Shown piece after piece: positions 20,141 through 28,076 of a stretch of DNA of 64,000 nucleotides. The number at the start of each line of letters is the position of its first letter. Positions within the stretch are counted from its first letter, which is position 1. The notes beneath the pieces were generated by a model. It searched no databases, was not told the origin of the DNA, and saw only the letters and a list, made by a program, of their open reading frames with translations. The stretch comes from Myxococcales bacterium. Lineage in GTDB: Bacteria > Myxococcota_A > Polyangia > Polyangiales > DASUME01. The translations under genes were made by a program, and so were the position numbers. The stretch is taken from contig JASGJH010000001.1 of NCBI GenBank assembly GCA_047601445.1, positions 5,056,001 through 5,120,000 of the forward strand. Reading direction: 5' to 3'.

Positions 20141-21277
20141 ATGTCCGCCTCTCCCCACAGTGAGCGCCGTCGCGCGCGCGAGCTCGGCTTGGGTCCCGGT
20201 CGCTTCGAGCCGGGCCGGCTCAACGCCATTACCGACGTGGCGGGTGTCCGCGTGGGGCAAGTCACCCTGCGTGCCGAAGCCGACGGTCCTGACCGCGGCC
20301 CGGTGCGCACGGGGGTCACGGCCATCGTGCCGGCCGAGGGAGTGTATGCGGAACGCGTGATGGCGGGCTCGTTCGTACTCAACGGAGCCGGCGAGCTGAT
20401 GGGCCTCACGCAGGTGGCGGAGTGGGGGCTCATCGAGACGCCCATCCTGCTCACCGACACGCTCTCCGTGGGCGTGGTGGGGGACGCGGTGGTCCAGCAC
20501 GTGATCGCGCGCGAGCCCACCATGGGCCGCAGCACGGACGTGGTGATCCCCGTGGTCGGCGAGTGCGACGACTCATGGATGCACGACGTGCGGGGGCGTC
20601 ACGTGCGAGCCGAGCACGTGCTCCAGGCCCTCGAAGAAGCCAGCTCCGGACCCGTGGCCGAGGGCAACGTGGGCGCCGGCACGGGCATGATCACCTGCGA
20701 TTTCGCGGGCGGCGTGGGCACCGCATCGCGCTTGGTCCCCTATCCACACGGGACGTACACGCTGGGCGTGCTGGTACTCTCCAATTTCGGCACCCGCGAC
20801 GAGCTCACCATGGACGGGCTCAAGGTCGGGCAGGCACTCGCGGAATACCGGGGCGAAGCAAGTCGCCGCACCGCCTACGGCAGCATCGTGGCCGTCCTGG
20901 CCACCGACGCACCGCTCCTGCCTCAGCAGCTCGACCGGCTCAGCAAGCGCATGGCCCTCGGCATCGGTCGGGTGGGCTCCTCGGCGGCCAACGGCTCCGG
21001 CGAGATCTGTCTCGCCTTCTCCACCCACAACCGCGTCCCGCGTGAGCGCAAGGGTGCTCTGCTCACGCTGAACTGCCTGGCGGACCCGGAACTGAACCCG
21101 CTCTTTCAGGCAGCGATTGAAACCACCGAAGAAGCGATCTTGAATGCGCTGTGCATGGGGACCGACCTGCGCGGCATCGACGACCATTTTTGTCCGGCCC
21201 TGCCCCTCGAGCAGCTGGCCGGATTGCGCAGGGCGCGCGAACAGGGCGTGGGCTCGCGGGCAGCGACCGAGCGATAG
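20141..21277 (+). CDS. P1/S58-family (DmpA/BapA-like) aminopeptidase
   Basis: NAITDVAGVRVG, RTGVTAI, NGAGELMG, PVVGECDDS, EGNVGAGTGM, G|SIVAVLATDAPL autocleavage site, SGEICLAFST, TEEAILNAL. Confidence 0.92.
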   Translation: MSASPHSERRRARELGLGPGRFEPGRLNAITDVAGVRVGQVTLRAEADGPDRGPVRTGVTAIVPAEGVYAERVMAGSFVLNGAGELMGLTQVAEWGLIETPILLTDTLSVGVVGDAVVQHVIAREPTMGRSTDVVIPVVGECDDSWMHDVRGRHVRAEHVLQALEEASSGPVAEGNVGAGTGMITCDFAGGVGTASRLVPYPHGTYTLGVLVLSNFGTRDELTMDGLKVGQALAEYRGEASRRTAYGSIVAVLATDAPLLPQQLDRLSKRMALGIGRVGSSAANGSGEICLAFSTHNRVPRERKGALLTLNCLADPELNPLFQAAIETTEEAILNALCMGTDLRGIDDHFCPALPLEQLAGLRRAREQGVGSRAATER

Positions 21278-21338
21278 CCGACCAGTCCGCGGTGCCCGGC
21301 CGCAGGCAAACAGTGACAACACCGAAAGGCAGTGAGTG

Positions 21339-22436
21339 ATGGACAGCGTGCAGACGACCCCCAATGCGGCACAGAGCGACAACGGCGCCGCCCGCGTCGA
21401 TGAGAAGAAGCGGCCGGTGCGACGCGCGGGCATGCTCAAGGTCGGTCTGGTCTACAACCTGCGCCGCGTGACCGTGGCCGAGGGCGACACCGAAGCCGAG
21501 TTCGACACGCCCACCACCATCGAAGCTCTGTGCAACGCGATCCGCGTGCAGGGCCATGACGTGGTGAAGCTCGAAGCCAACGCCGAGCTCCCCGTGTCGC
21601 TGCGCGACGCGGGCGTCGACATGGTGTTCAACATCGCCGAGGGCTTGAGCGGAATGAACCGCGAGGCTCAGGTGCCCGCCCTGTGCGAGATGCTCGGCAT
21701 CGAATACACGGGCTCGGACGCTGCCTGCATGGCCGTCACGCTCAACAAGGCCATCGCCAAGCGCCTGGTGGCTCAAGACGAGATTCACACGCCAGCCTTC
21801 GCGGTGCTGCACACGGGCAAGGAGAAGCTGCCCAAGAACTTCACCTTCCCCGCCATCGTGAAGCCCATCGCCGAGGGCAGCTCCAAGGGCATCCTGGAGA
21901 AGCAGGTGGTGGAGAACGAAGCCGACCTACGCCACGTGGCGCAGCTGCTGGTGCGCCGCTATCGCCAGCCGGTGCTGGCCGAGGCCTTCTTGCCCGGCCG
22001 CGAGTTCACCGTGGCGCTGCTCGGCGAGCGCAAGCCGCGCGTGCTGCCCATCATGGAGATCGTCTTCACCGACGCAAACGATCCGTTCCCCACGTACACG
22101 TTCAAGAGCAAGTTCGAAGGCGTGGGCGTGGAGAACAAGGTGCCCTGCGAGGTGGACCCGCTGCTCCTCAAGCAGCTCGAGCGCACCGCCAAGGCGGCCT
22201 TCCAGGCCGTCGGCTGCCGCGACCTCGCGCGCATCGATCTCCGACTCGACGCCCAGGGCCGCGTGCATTTCATCGAGTGCAACCCGCTGCCCGGCATGGC
22301 GCCGAACTTCAGCGACCTGTGCATGATGGCCAAGGCCGAGAACAAGACCTACGACGACCTGGTGGCGGAGATCATGGCTCCGGCGGTGCGCCGCTTCCGC
22401 GCGCAGAAGCGAGAGCAAGTCTCGGTCGTGGCCTGA
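21339..22436 (+). CDS. D-Ala-D-Ala-ligase-like ATP-grasp enzyme (non-canonical)
   Basis: FNIAEG, REAQVPALCEMLGIEYTGS, IVKPIAEGSSKGI, GREFTV, ARIDLR, IECNPLPG. Lacks the GGxSxE N-terminus of true Ddl. Confidence 0.88.
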   Translation: MDSVQTTPNAAQSDNGAARVDEKKRPVRRAGMLKVGLVYNLRRVTVAEGDTEAEFDTPTTIEALCNAIRVQGHDVVKLEANAELPVSLRDAGVDMVFNIAEGLSGMNREAQVPALCEMLGIEYTGSDAACMAVTLNKAIAKRLVAQDEIHTPAFAVLHTGKEKLPKNFTFPAIVKPIAEGSSKGILEKQVVENEADLRHVAQLLVRRYRQPVLAEAFLPGREFTVALLGERKPRVLPIMEIVFTDANDPFPTYTFKSKFEGVGVENKVPCEVDPLLLKQLERTAKAAFQAVGCRDLARIDLRLDAQGRVHFIECNPLPGMAPNFSDLCMMAKAENKTYDDLVAEIMAPAVRRFRAQKREQVSVVA

Positions 22437-22673
22437 ACTCCGCGCCAGACGCCGCTCGCTCGCCCCCTGCGCGCGGCACGCGAACCATCCCAAGATGGGG
22501 TGAACGCGCCGCCATCGAGTCCCCCTCGAACGCGCCGACTGCAAAATGCCCACGGTTGTAGTGGACGAACGAGCCGCGCGGACCACGCTTCGCGCGTGCT
22601 CGACCCGGCGCACTCCACTCGCCCGCAGGCGTACCCAGGCAAAGAAGCCAGCGAAACCACGCGCTTCGCCTGG

Positions 22674-23726
22674 ATGGACCGGGTATGGCGCTGGTTCGAG
22701 TCCGTCTCGGAGCTCAAGTTCGGCGCGCTGCTCGCGTTGCTCGTGGTCTTGCGCTCGGGGGTGCACATCGAGCTCGACCTGGAATGGCTTCCGCAATGCG
22801 TGGCCGCCTTCCCGCACTTGTCCGGCAATTTTCGCTGCCACAACGCCATCATCTCGGTGTTGCCGTGGTTGCTCCACGTGGACACGGCCGTCGAGTGGTC
22901 ACGCCTGCACGCTGCGCTGCTGGGGGGCTCTCTCTTCGGTACCCTGGTGCTCGCCTATCGCTTCGCGCCGGGCATCCGCTTCAAGCAACTCGCACTCTGG
23001 TTGGGCCTGAGCGCGATGCCGGTGGCATTGCTCCAGACCCGCGTCTACTACGACCCCTACGCCATCTTCGGGGGCTCGTTGCTGGCCCTCGCGCACGGCC
23101 CGTTCGCCATCTTCGCAGGTGGCCTCTTGCTGGGACTTTCGCATCCGGAGATGAGCCTGGTGGCCGCGCTCAGCGTGGGCTCCGTGGCCCTGGCCCTCGA
23201 CTTGGTGCGCACGCGACGCATCAAGCTCGCCCTCGTGAGCTGCGTGCTCGGGGCCGCCCTCACCAAGCTCCACGGTTGGCTCGATCCACCCGCGGGCCTC
23301 GATCGCGCCGGTGTACTCGGACGCAGCGTGCGATCCGCGCTGTTTCACGCCACCCAGAGCGGCACCATGGGCCTCTACGCGTGCCACGGACTGGCCTGGC
23401 TCTTGATTGTCGCCTACCTGCTCCACGCGCGCGCATCAGCGCGACAGCGCCTGTGGCTCGTGACGGGCCTCGTGATCTTGCCGGGCATCGTGACGCTGAT
23501 CACTCTGGACGGCACACGCGTCTTCGTGGGCACCGTGTGGCCGGCCTTCGTGATCTTCGTCTCCACGCTACTGGCGCGCAGCCAACGCGGAGATTCGCCG
23601 GTGCCCATTCGCACGCTCACTTGTGTGGCGCTGGTGATGGCCTTGATCGCGCCCTCTTACATCTCGGGCGGCGGCCACGTCTCCCGCCCCCGCTTCGGCT
23701 CACTGGCAAAGCACTCGCTGGAGTAG
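22674..23726 (+). CDS. polytopic membrane protein, paralog of 28077..29201
   Basis: About 9-10 hydrophobic segments; shares NFRCH, YDPY, HPE, QSGTMGLYAC and DGTRVFV with the paralog. Start uncertain (22500-22674). Confidence 0.7.
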   Translation: MDRVWRWFESVSELKFGALLALLVVLRSGVHIELDLEWLPQCVAAFPHLSGNFRCHNAIISVLPWLLHVDTAVEWSRLHAALLGGSLFGTLVLAYRFAPGIRFKQLALWLGLSAMPVALLQTRVYYDPYAIFGGSLLALAHGPFAIFAGGLLLGLSHPEMSLVAALSVGSVALALDLVRTRRIKLALVSCVLGAALTKLHGWLDPPAGLDRAGVLGRSVRSALFHATQSGTMGLYACHGLAWLLIVAYLLHARASARQRLWLVTGLVILPGIVTLITLDGTRVFVGTVWPAFVIFVSTLLARSQRGDSPVPIRTLTCVALVMALIAPSYISGGGHVSRPRFGSLAKHSLE

Positions 23727-23733
23727 AACCGAG

Positions 23734-24207
23734 ATGTCTCCACAAACGACCGACATCACACTCCTGATCTACTCAGAGACTCCAGGGGAACTCCTGGTGC
23801 CCGGCCGAGCAGCGTTCCCCCGCACCTCGCGGGTATGGCCCACCATCCTGGTGGCGGATCTCGCCGAAGCAACCGAGCTGCAATGTGCGATCGATGCGCT
23901 CCTGCGTGAAGAGGCCGAGCTCTGCGCAAGAGCGGATCAAGGGGTGGTCTTGGTCCCCGAACAAGGTGACCAGCTCGCAGAGGAAGAAGCAGCGAAGCGC
24001 GCCGTCGCCCGCTCTTTCGCCGAGAGCAGGCAATGGACGACCGATGCACGAGCACCGTGGGTCACCGACACTTGGGAGGGCGAGCATGCTTGGGCGTTCT
24101 TTCTGAGCTCCGGCAGCATGGACACCCACGGAGCCGTGGTAGACAAGCACACCGGTCGCGTCTTCCTGCGGTATTTTGCGAGCTTCAACATGGAGTTCTT
24201 CGACTAG
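23734..24207 (+). CDS. hypothetical protein
   Basis: 157-aa ORF beginning 7 nt after the previous stop; no recognisable motif. Confidence 0.5.
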   Translation: MSPQTTDITLLIYSETPGELLVPGRAAFPRTSRVWPTILVADLAEATELQCAIDALLREEAELCARADQGVVLVPEQGDQLAEEEAAKRAVARSFAESRQWTTDARAPWVTDTWEGEHAWAFFLSSGSMDTHGAVVDKHTGRVFLRYFASFNMEFFD

Positions 24208-24242
24208 CGGCCGGACCTCCATGGCAAGGGCAGCGGCAGCGC

Positions 24243-24560
24243 TCAAGAGAGCCCGCTGAACCGATGCCTCCTCGCCCAGCCATCCAGCTCCATCAGCAAC
24301 GGCGCGAGCTCCCGCCCCTTCTCCGTGTACTCGTAACCGCCCTCGCCCAGCTCCAACAGCCCCACCTCCCGCAACTCCGCCAAGCGCTCGTTGAGCACGC
24401 TGGGGGACACGTCCGACGCCGCACTCTGCAGCCCCCGGAACGTGAGTGGTCCCTCGCGCAGCTCCCACAGGATACGGAGCACCCAGCGGCGCCCCAGCAC
24501 CTCGAGCAGATCCATGATCGGGTGAGACGACTTCTTCTTCGGACTCTTCTTGCTCGCCAT
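24243..24560 (-). CDS. HxlR-family winged-helix transcriptional regulator
   Basis: LEVLGRRWVLRILWEL...LTFRGL...SPSVLNERLAEL...YEYTEKGREL. Confidence 0.88.
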   Translation of the reverse strand: MASKKSPKKKSSHPIMDLLEVLGRRWVLRILWELREGPLTFRGLQSAASDVSPSVLNERLAELREVGLLELGEGGYEYTEKGRELAPLLMELDGWARRHRFSGLS

Positions 24561-24588
24561 CGTGCCCACGCAGCGCGTGCGACAAGGC

Positions 24589-24639
24589 GCTACGATTTTC
24601 GTAGCAAGCCGTCTCCGACCGCGCTATGAAAACCGTAGC
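24589..24639. promoter_or_regulatory. two palindromic operators between the HxlR-like and CMD genes
   Basis: GCTACGA-TTT-TCGTAGC (perfect 7-3-7, 24589-24605) and GCTATGAAAACCGTAGC (24623-24639). Confidence 0.7.
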
Positions 24640-24659
24640 ACCCAGCCAAGGAGCGCACC

Positions 24660-25202
24660 ATGGAACGCTTGAGCCCCGTCTCCCCGCCGTACTCCGCCGA
24701 GGTCACCGCCTCGTTCGCAAAGCTCACCCTGCCAGGCATGGAGTTCCTGCAGTTGTTTCGTGTATTGGCCCACAACCCGCGCCTGCTGCAGCGCATCCAG
24801 CGCGGCGGCCTGCTCGACCCAGGCTCGATCTCAATCCGCCTGCGCGAGCTCGCCATCCTGCGCACCTGCGCGCTGTGCGGCGCCGAGTACGAATGGGGCG
24901 TGCATGTGGCCATCTTCGCCGGCGCAGCGAGCCTGAGCGCGGACGACGTCTCGAGCACCTGGCGCACTGGCTCCAGCGACGCGCGCTGGGGCGACGCAGA
25001 GCGTCTGGTCCTGCGGCTTTGCGAAGAGCTGCACGCGACCCAGGGACTCAGCGATGCCTCGTGGGCCGAACTCTCGACGCACTTTACGTCAGCTCAGCTG
25101 CTGGAGCTCACGGCGCTCGCCGGCATGTACCACATGATCTCGTTCGTCGTGAACGCCGGTGGGGTGCAGCTCGAGACCTGGGCCCCGCGCGCTCCCGCCT
25201 GA
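24660..25202 (+). CDS. carboxymuconolactone decarboxylase / AhpD-like protein
   Basis: LFRVLAHNP, RLRELAILRT...AEYEWGVH; AAGGAG RBS. Confidence 0.85.
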   Translation: MERLSPVSPPYSAEVTASFAKLTLPGMEFLQLFRVLAHNPRLLQRIQRGGLLDPGSISIRLRELAILRTCALCGAEYEWGVHVAIFAGAASLSADDVSSTWRTGSSDARWGDAERLVLRLCEELHATQGLSDASWAELSTHFTSAQLLELTALAGMYHMISFVVNAGGVQLETWAPRAPA

Positions 25203-25212
25203 GACGCTCGGG

Positions 25213-26304
25213 CTACAAGATGGTCGCTGCGCAGCCGAAGCCGATGCTCAGTGCGCCACCCTTCTTCACGAGGTCGCAGGCCGCAGGGCAGAACTCGATG
25301 CGACTCTTGGCGTCGTTCGCGTACCAGCCCACCTTGTCGCCACAATCGGCCTTCTGAGTGGCGCGCGGAAACTCCTTCTTGGACTTGCCGGACGAACCGA
25401 ACATCACGCGCACGCCGTACTCGATGTCCACCGCTTCGCCCTCGGGCGCGGGCGGGATCTCGAAGTCACAGGGCAGTGGCGCACTGGCCACCACGGCCGA
25501 TTGCAGGTCCTTGAAGAGCTCGGCGAAATTACCGCAAATGGAGAGCACCTTTCCGCCCGTGGCCTGGGCCAACTTGACGTGCTCGGTGCCGATGCCGCCG
25601 ATGGTGGGACAGCTGGCGTCGGGTGCCACGATGGCGTGATAGTAAAACTTGTGCCCCAGCTTGGCCTCCATGGCCGACTGGAAAGTGTCCGCCATCAAGT
25701 AGGGCAGCTCGGCGTTGTCGTCCGTGAGCATGATGATGTGCGTGGGCGCGCCGTCGCGCAGGAAGCTCTTGTACTTGTCGAAGCTGTCCACCATCACGCT
25801 CAAGCCGTTGTTGCTGTCCAGTGCCGTGGCCACGTGCAGGTAGCGCTTGGCGTCCTTGGCCAGCGGCGTGGCACCGAGCGGATCCGCCTGACCGCAGGCC
25901 GCAGCCGCGGCCGCACCGAGAATGCCCATGTCGTAGACCGCCGCCACGTGCGTGCCCTCGCCGATGCCCATCGCGAAGGCCGTGAGGTTCGTGGACACGT
26001 TGCAGATGCTGGCCGCCATGCTGAGCGAGGTGTCCATGCCGAGGATGATGTCCACCGGGCCGCGTTCCACCTCCGCGGTCTTCTCGATCTCACCGCATTC
26101 GGTGTTGATGTCCGGGTTGTCGGTGCTGTCCCCGTCGCCGCCCCAACTGTCGCCGTCGCCGTCGCCGTCGCCGCTGTCCCCATCCCCGGAGTCACCGTCG
26201 CCGCCGAGCTCCCCCTCGCCGACGCGTGTCGCAGGCGGTGAACTACAGGCCATAAGCGTGAGCTGGAACACCGTAAGCAACAATCTAAGTCCACGAGTTT
26301 GCAT
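25213..26304 (-). CDS. vWA-domain lipoprotein with GDGD linker and Cys-rich C-terminus
   Basis: LMAC lipobox, GDGD repeats, DTSLSM MIDAS motif, IMLTDD, C-terminal CPAAC...FGC. Confidence 0.8.
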   Translation of the reverse strand: MQTRGLRLLLTVFQLTLMACSSPPATRVGEGELGGDGDSGDGDSGDGDGDGDSWGGDGDSTDNPDINTECGEIEKTAEVERGPVDIILGMDTSLSMAASICNVSTNLTAFAMGIGEGTHVAAVYDMGILGAAAAAACGQADPLGATPLAKDAKRYLHVATALDSNNGLSVMVDSFDKYKSFLRDGAPTHIIMLTDDNAELPYLMADTFQSAMEAKLGHKFYYHAIVAPDASCPTIGGIGTEHVKLAQATGGKVLSICGNFAELFKDLQSAVVASAPLPCDFEIPPAPEGEAVDIEYGVRVMFGSSGKSKKEFPRATQKADCGDKVGWYANDAKSRIEFCPAACDLVKKGGALSIGFGCAATIL

Positions 26305-26346
26305 AGCTAAACGATACACAAAGCGAGCCCCTGTGCGCTGCAAAGA

Positions 26347-26375
26347 GCGCCAACCGTCGCACCGATGGCGCCAGT
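26347..26375 (-). promoter_or_regulatory. putative AraC operator upstream of the vWA lipoprotein gene
   Basis: GCGCCAACCGTCG-N8-GCGCCAGT; matches 7090-7118. Confidence 0.6.
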
Positions 26376-26445
26376 ATCGTGCTCGCCTCGAAAAATGGGG
26401 GCCCGCTTGCCTGAGCCCCGTCCCCGCCCCCATGCTCCGTCCCGA

Positions 26446-27450
26446 ATGACTGTCGAGCCGGAACCCTCGGTCCTAGCGAGCTGGGTGCGCACCATCGTGG
26501 ACGCGCTGAAGGCCCAGGGGATCGAGCCGGCCCCCGTGCTGCAGTCCGTGGGTCTGGATAGCAATGCTCTCACGGACCCCAATGCCCGCATCTCCGTGGT
26601 CGCGATGGCGCGCCTATGGCGCAAGGCCACCGAGCGCGTGGGGGATCCGGCCTTCGGCCTGCGAGCCTCCAAGTTCATTCGACACACCACCTTCCACGCG
26701 CTCGGCACCTCCGTGCTGGCGAGCTCCACCATGCAGGAAGCGGTGGAGCGTGTGGTGCGCTTCAACCGAGTGGTCAGCGATGTGGCGACCTTGGAGCTCG
26801 AGCGCGATGCTCAACAAGCGCGGCTATTGGTGGTGCTGAAGCCGGGCTACGAGTCAGGCGGGCACGAAGCCATGGATGCGATCCTCTCGCTCATCACGCG
26901 GGCCCTCAGGCTCCTCGCGGGCCCCAACTTCACGCTGAGCAGTGTGGAGATGCGACGCCCCGAACCCGGGGACCGGAGCGCCTACGACAACATGTTCCGG
27001 TGCCCCATCCAATTCGAGAGCGGACTCGACGCGCTCGCCTTCGCCAGCGACCTGCTCGAGCAACCCCTCCCTTCGGGCAACCCCGAGCTCGCGCGCTTCG
27101 GCGACGCCGCCGTGCGCGAGTACCTGGCGCGCGTGCAAAACGGGTCCCTGGTGGACCGCGTGCGCGCGACCATCGCCGAGCACATGGGCACGCAGCTCTC
27201 CCCCGAGTTCGTGGCCAAAAAGCTCGCCATGAGCGTGCGCAGCATGCAGCGCGCACTGCAGGAACTGAACAGTAGCTACGAGACCTTGCTGCGCGACGTA
27301 CGCGAAGAACTCGCCTGCGCCTATTTGAAGGAGAAGCGCTACTCGGTGACCGAGGTGGCGTTCCTGCTGGGCTACGAGAGCATGGGCGCGTTCGCGCGGG
27401 CGTTCAGACGCTGGACCGGCATGTCGCCGTCGGACTACGCCAACAAGTAG
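26446..27450 (+). CDS. AraC-family regulator, paralog of 7151..8155
   Basis: PSVLASW, DPNAR, TTFHALG, LPSGNPELAR, SVTEVAFLLGYESMGAFARAFRRWTG; also 334 aa. Confidence 0.92.
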   Translation: MTVEPEPSVLASWVRTIVDALKAQGIEPAPVLQSVGLDSNALTDPNARISVVAMARLWRKATERVGDPAFGLRASKFIRHTTFHALGTSVLASSTMQEAVERVVRFNRVVSDVATLELERDAQQARLLVVLKPGYESGGHEAMDAILSLITRALRLLAGPNFTLSSVEMRRPEPGDRSAYDNMFRCPIQFESGLDALAFASDLLEQPLPSGNPELARFGDAAVREYLARVQNGSLVDRVRATIAEHMGTQLSPEFVAKKLAMSVRSMQRALQELNSSYETLLRDVREELACAYLKEKRYSVTEVAFLLGYESMGAFARAFRRWTGMSPSDYANK

Positions 27451-27453
27451 CTC

Positions 27454-27672
27454 TCAACCCACCTTGCGATTGCGTGGAGCGTCCGGCATCAGCGCGTCCA
27501 CCACGGCGTCCACTAGACCCACATAGTCCCGCAGCTCGTTACGCAGCATGCTGATCTCGTGGGCGAGCGCGGAGGTGCCCTCATTCTCGGCGCGGGCTCG
27601 CAGTTGATCCATGCGAGCGAGCACGCTGGTGTTCTCGAGTCTCAGCTTGGCCAAAAGCTCGCGCGTGATCAT
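27454..27672 (-). CDS. 72-aa predicted coiled-coil protein
   Basis: GGAGG RBS before the ATG at 27672; heptad-like Leu pattern; own sigma-54 promoter. Confidence 0.7.
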   Translation of the reverse strand: MITRELLAKLRLENTSVLARMDQLRARAENEGTSALAHEISMLRNELRDYVGLVDAVVDALMPDAPRNRKVG

Positions 27673-27695
27673 GGCGCCTCCCAAAGAACGCACTC

Positions 27696-27711
27696 TGCAC
27701 GGCGCATGCCA
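27696..27711 (-). promoter_or_regulatory. sigma-54 (-24/-12) promoter
   Basis: Minus strand TGGCATG-CGCC-GTGCA, ending 24 nt upstream of the ATG. Confidence 0.7.
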
Positions 27712-27869
27712 GGGGAGTTCCCTCACGTCGCAGGCCTCGGGCGTGACTGGCTCGAAAAGCCTGAAAGCTATCGAAACTCTCGGAAAGCCCGCCTGTTTTG
27801 GGGCCGCCCTGGGACCTGGGCCAGGCCCCCTCCCGCTCCCGTCCATCGATCGATCGGTCCAACCCCGAT

Positions 27870-27907
27870 GTGCAAACCTTGCACCAGCAAGCGTGCAGAA
27901 GGTGCGC
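27870..27907. promoter_or_regulatory. tandem upstream activator sites
   Basis: GTGCAAACCTTGCAC and GTGCAGAAGGTGCGC, 23 bp apart, about 159 bp upstream of the -24 box. Confidence 0.65.
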
Positions 27908-28076
27908 AGTGTTCGGTATTTCTTGTGGATTTCAGGGACTCAGGTGGATCGAATGCGGGCCTGGTGAGCGGGTGCAGCGAGCCCGCTCGAGCGGTGCGCG
28001 CGACCTGAGAGACCCACACCGCAGCAGGCGTGCGCAGGTCCAGATAGCCGCCGCTGGCCCCCAAAGTCCACCAGCC

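Noticed and set aside
18484..20535. Long antisense ORFs (also 3028..4338, 37385..38659, 50343..52415, 54186..56342 and others)
   Set aside because: Shadow ORFs expected opposite real genes in high-GC DNA; no motifs, and Arg/Ala-rich low-information translations.
21339..22436. Housekeeping ddl or Van-type resistance ligase
   Set aside because: Lacks the GGxSxE N-terminal motif, is not in a dcw/mur or van cluster, and is under apparent sigma-54 control.
26145..26205. GDGD-coding trinucleotide-like repeats
   Set aside because: Ordinary low-complexity lipoprotein linker, also seen at about 56055-56130.
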